64,000 nucleotides of DNA from contig NC_068985.1 of NCBI RefSeq assembly GCF_001194135.2, forward strand, positions 32,361,145 to 32,425,144, written 5' to 3'. Positions 61,001 to 64,000 of this stretch are shown one piece after another; positions within the stretch are counted from its first letter, which is position 1; each line of letters starts with the position of its first letter. A program made the position numbers and the translations under genes. Below the pieces are notes generated by a model, which was not told the origin of the DNA, did no database searches, and saw only the letters and a program-made list of their open reading frames with translations. The stretch is from Octopus bimaculoides. Lineage: Eukaryota.

Positions 61001-63366
61001 TAGAGTTTTATACCACAGCATATCTGGAGGTATTCTTGTTTTGCAGAGTTGCCTGTCTTAAGCCTAATTTTCCAAGGTTTAATTTTTCTTGTCTGTTTCA
61101 TCCGTATTTCTGTTATATTCCACTATTACAATCATTGCATATGTTTTACTTATCTGTTCTCATAGACATGTTTATATGGTTATATAAGAACAGTTATCTT
61201 TCTCACACACTGTTAACAAAATTCAAATATCAAGTCTTCTTTTGAATTCATTTACACATAGCATATTTTATCTCTCAAATTCATGTTCTTTATCCAGTAA
61301 ATTATATTTATGGTAATTTTCTCCAGTCACTGCAGTTCTGCTAACTAAGCAGTTGATGTCCCACTTCTCTATAGTATTACATTCTTGACATGAATTATGA
61401 AGTTTACTCTTTTTATGAAGAGTTGTTTTTCACTAGCAATGGTTGCAGCAATGCATCCATTATTTATAAATTGTTTATTCACTGTCAATCTACCCAAAAT
61501 AATACATCTTGTATACACATTAATTGCACCAAATACTTACAATATCTACATAGCAATTTTAATTCAATGTACTTGTAACTTTGATATAATGTAGTTTAGG
61601 GGAAAAAGTGAATGACATAGAATTGTTCATAATGTGTAATTAGAAACTTAAAGTAAGGTAACAATGAACTATACATAATGAAGGATTCTAAAAATTAAGC
61701 GCATGTTTGTTGAGGCTTTGTTTACAGTTTCTTTCTTTTATGATATTGAATTCATTAAGAAATTTAGGATTGATTTCAAGGATAGGTGTCTGTAAGTGGT
61801 TAACCTAGTATTCATTGCAAATCTAGAAGAGGAAATCCTAAAAACTTTGTATAGTGTGTAAAATCCTGCAGTTAATGGATTAGTAGCCATATTCACTCTC
61901 TATGAATGTGATATTCTGTTGGTGTTGCCAACAATAGTTTTGCAAGAGATATAGTATGATTTCAGATAAATTGATAGACTTATTACTCAAACTATTGAAT
62001 CTCTATCAATATGTATAAATAAGAGAGATAGAGAGATAATAGATGGTAGACTACCCTTTACAAATTCTTTTGTAATTGCTTTACTTCTTAGTATGTATAC
62101 ATTAGTAGTGTTAAAATTGTTACTTTTATATAAGTAATTCATATGCATCCAAAATTTAGATCTTGAGAGATTGTCTAAGTATATTTCTCTTTGTTAATTT
62201 GTTCTGTGCATATCATTTTTTGAAAAAATACTTAAATCATATTTGATTTTTTTTTCTTGTTTCAAGAAAAAGGAATTCATTTCTTTATAATATTTTATTG
62301 CTCTAGTTAAATCATCATTGCTTACTATATTGTAAAGTTTAGAGTTTGCTGTCCTATTTAGAAATATACTATGGGCATTTTAAAAACTCATAGTTTTCGC
62401 GTATATTCTTTCATCTTTATTTCACCAACATATCCTTATTAATATCAGTTTTATGTTTATTTTTCCCTGCTAGCATAGATCTATAAAGAGCTACCTTTCA
62501 GTTACATATTGCATCATATGAAGTCTTCCATGGGAACTTTTACCCCTAACTGACTTCTATATAGTCAAAAGCTATTATTGAGAAGGATGGATGAAATGCA
62601 TAAAATTATTAATTTTCAAACTTTCTTCACTTCATATGAGTTTTGAGTTGCTATTAGAAATTAACCAGACGTGATCTCAGTGAGTGGCAGTTAGATATAT
62701 TATATCCCGTATCTGTCATGGTTGAGTATGTACTTGTATGCCTTTGCTTTTACAACTTCAAAAATTTTTAGCATCTGTGAAAGTAAAATCTTTAATTTTA
62801 TGTAAGGGTTCTCTTTTCCATCACCCCACTCTAGATAATCTTGTCATATGTCAATTACATCTGCTCCCACAGCAGCTGAAAGTAAGAGCCTACCTATTGT
62901 TTTCGTGTTCTGCCAAAGTCACTTAGATGCTTAATGTACTACTCTTGTAGTTATATCCTACCATCTTTTTACTTTTACATAGTTTTCTTTTCTGTTAATT
63001 TACAAATGATTGTGATTTTAAGAAGCTGTGTGAGATCTTAAAATGTAAATATTTTTGGATATAGTTTTATGAAAGTTCCTGCAGAAACTTTAAGTAGAAA
63101 ACTGGTAGATTAAAATAGCTTTACTCTCTATTAAATTGGAAGAGTAGTAGTTTTTCATCAGCTTAATTTGGAAATTCAATATCTCAAATTAGTACATTTC
63201 CTATTTGCCATGTCTTTACATTGGGAAATAGTGGAAATTATTTTCTGTAAGAACTGATTAAAACATAACCACTTCTTACCTTCTTAGGTTTTGAAAAGGA
63301 GGTTATTTACTGTTCATACCTTTCTCATGTAGATTCATACAATATAAAAGTGAGTCAGTATATTTA

Positions 63367-64000
63367 TCAGGTCATTAAGAATGAAATGTCTGATTTTCTT
63401 ATGCACCAAGTTTGACAGTTGTTAACTCTAATGTTTTAGCCTGATAATTCTTTGTTTTACAACATTGAAGAGTTACATCACCACTTTTCGAAATGCAATT
63501 CATGGTGTTTGATTATATTGTGAGTTTTCTCTTATAAATCAATTTTTGTGAACTTATGGATAGATTAAATAGTCGTGTTGTTTATGAATATGAGTTCCGT
63601 CGTGGAACCAATGCATCCCAGACAGCTCGAAACATCAATGAGGTGTTTGGTGAAGATGTGGCAAATGAGCACACTGTACTTCGATGGTTTGAGAAATTCC
63701 GGTCTGGTGACTTTACTCTTGAAAATCAGCCCCATGGTAGACTAGAGACCAAGATGGATAATGATGAGCTGGAAACTGTAGTGGAAGCGGATACATCTCA
63801 AACTACACATGAGTTAGCAGCAAGGTTTGATGTTTCAATTCCAACTATATTGGACCATCTGAAACAAATCGGCAAGGTAAAGAAGCTGGACAAGTGGGTA
63901 CCACATGAACTGAACGAGCATCAAATGACATGTCATCTTGAAATTTGCTGTTCTTTGCTGTCACAGCATAAAGGCAAACCATTTTTGCATCATATTGTTA
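63367..64000 (+). mobile_element. Second copy of the Hsmar1-like mariner, cut by the window end
   Basis: TA at 63365-66, then TIR TCAGGTCATTAAGAATGAAATGTCTGATTTT. Colinear with the 39600 copy. Confidence 0.95.
63556..64000 (+). CDS. Mariner transposase N-terminal part, 148 codons open to the window end
   Basis: Hand translation MDRLNSRVVYEYEFRRGTNASQTARNINEVFG...RWFEKFRSGD...KWVPHELNE...KPFLHHIV with no stop or frameshift. Confidence 0.85.
   Translation, partial: MDRLNSRVVYEYEFRRGTNASQTARNINEVFGEDVANEHTVLRWFEKFRSGDFTLENQPHGRLETKMDNDELETVVEADTSQTTHELAARFDVSIPTILDHLKQIGKVKKLDKWVPHELNEHQMTCHLEICCSLLSQHKGKPFLHHIV

Overview
AT-rich eukaryotic scaffold with N gaps and abundant (TA)n/(CA)n/(GA)n microsatellites. 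The repeat complement (tRNA-headed SINEs, RTE and CR1/L2-group LINEs, Hsmar1-like mariner) suggests a cephalopod, most likely Octopus; this is an inference. There are no prokaryote-type features and no protein-coding exon I can name. The one host-gene signal is a CpG-rich promoter and non-coding first exon at about 8.65-9.09 kb (+), followed by T-rich, apparently intronic DNA to the window end (>54 kb). That stretch holds decayed mobile DNA: RTE, CR1/L2-group, HERO-like (restriction-like endonuclease) and Gypsy fragments, a TTAA-flanked piggyBac deletion derivative, a Helitron RepHel fossil split by a mariner, a second mariner with an open frame, MITEs and many SINEs. A Penelope-like fragment lies upstream of the promoter. 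The best candidate for something undescribed is a recursive-splice-site-like motif at 46,910/46,911 (branch point, 23 pyrimidines, TAG|GTAAGT) with a second GTAAGT donor 49 nt later. All assignments were made by eye, without database searches.
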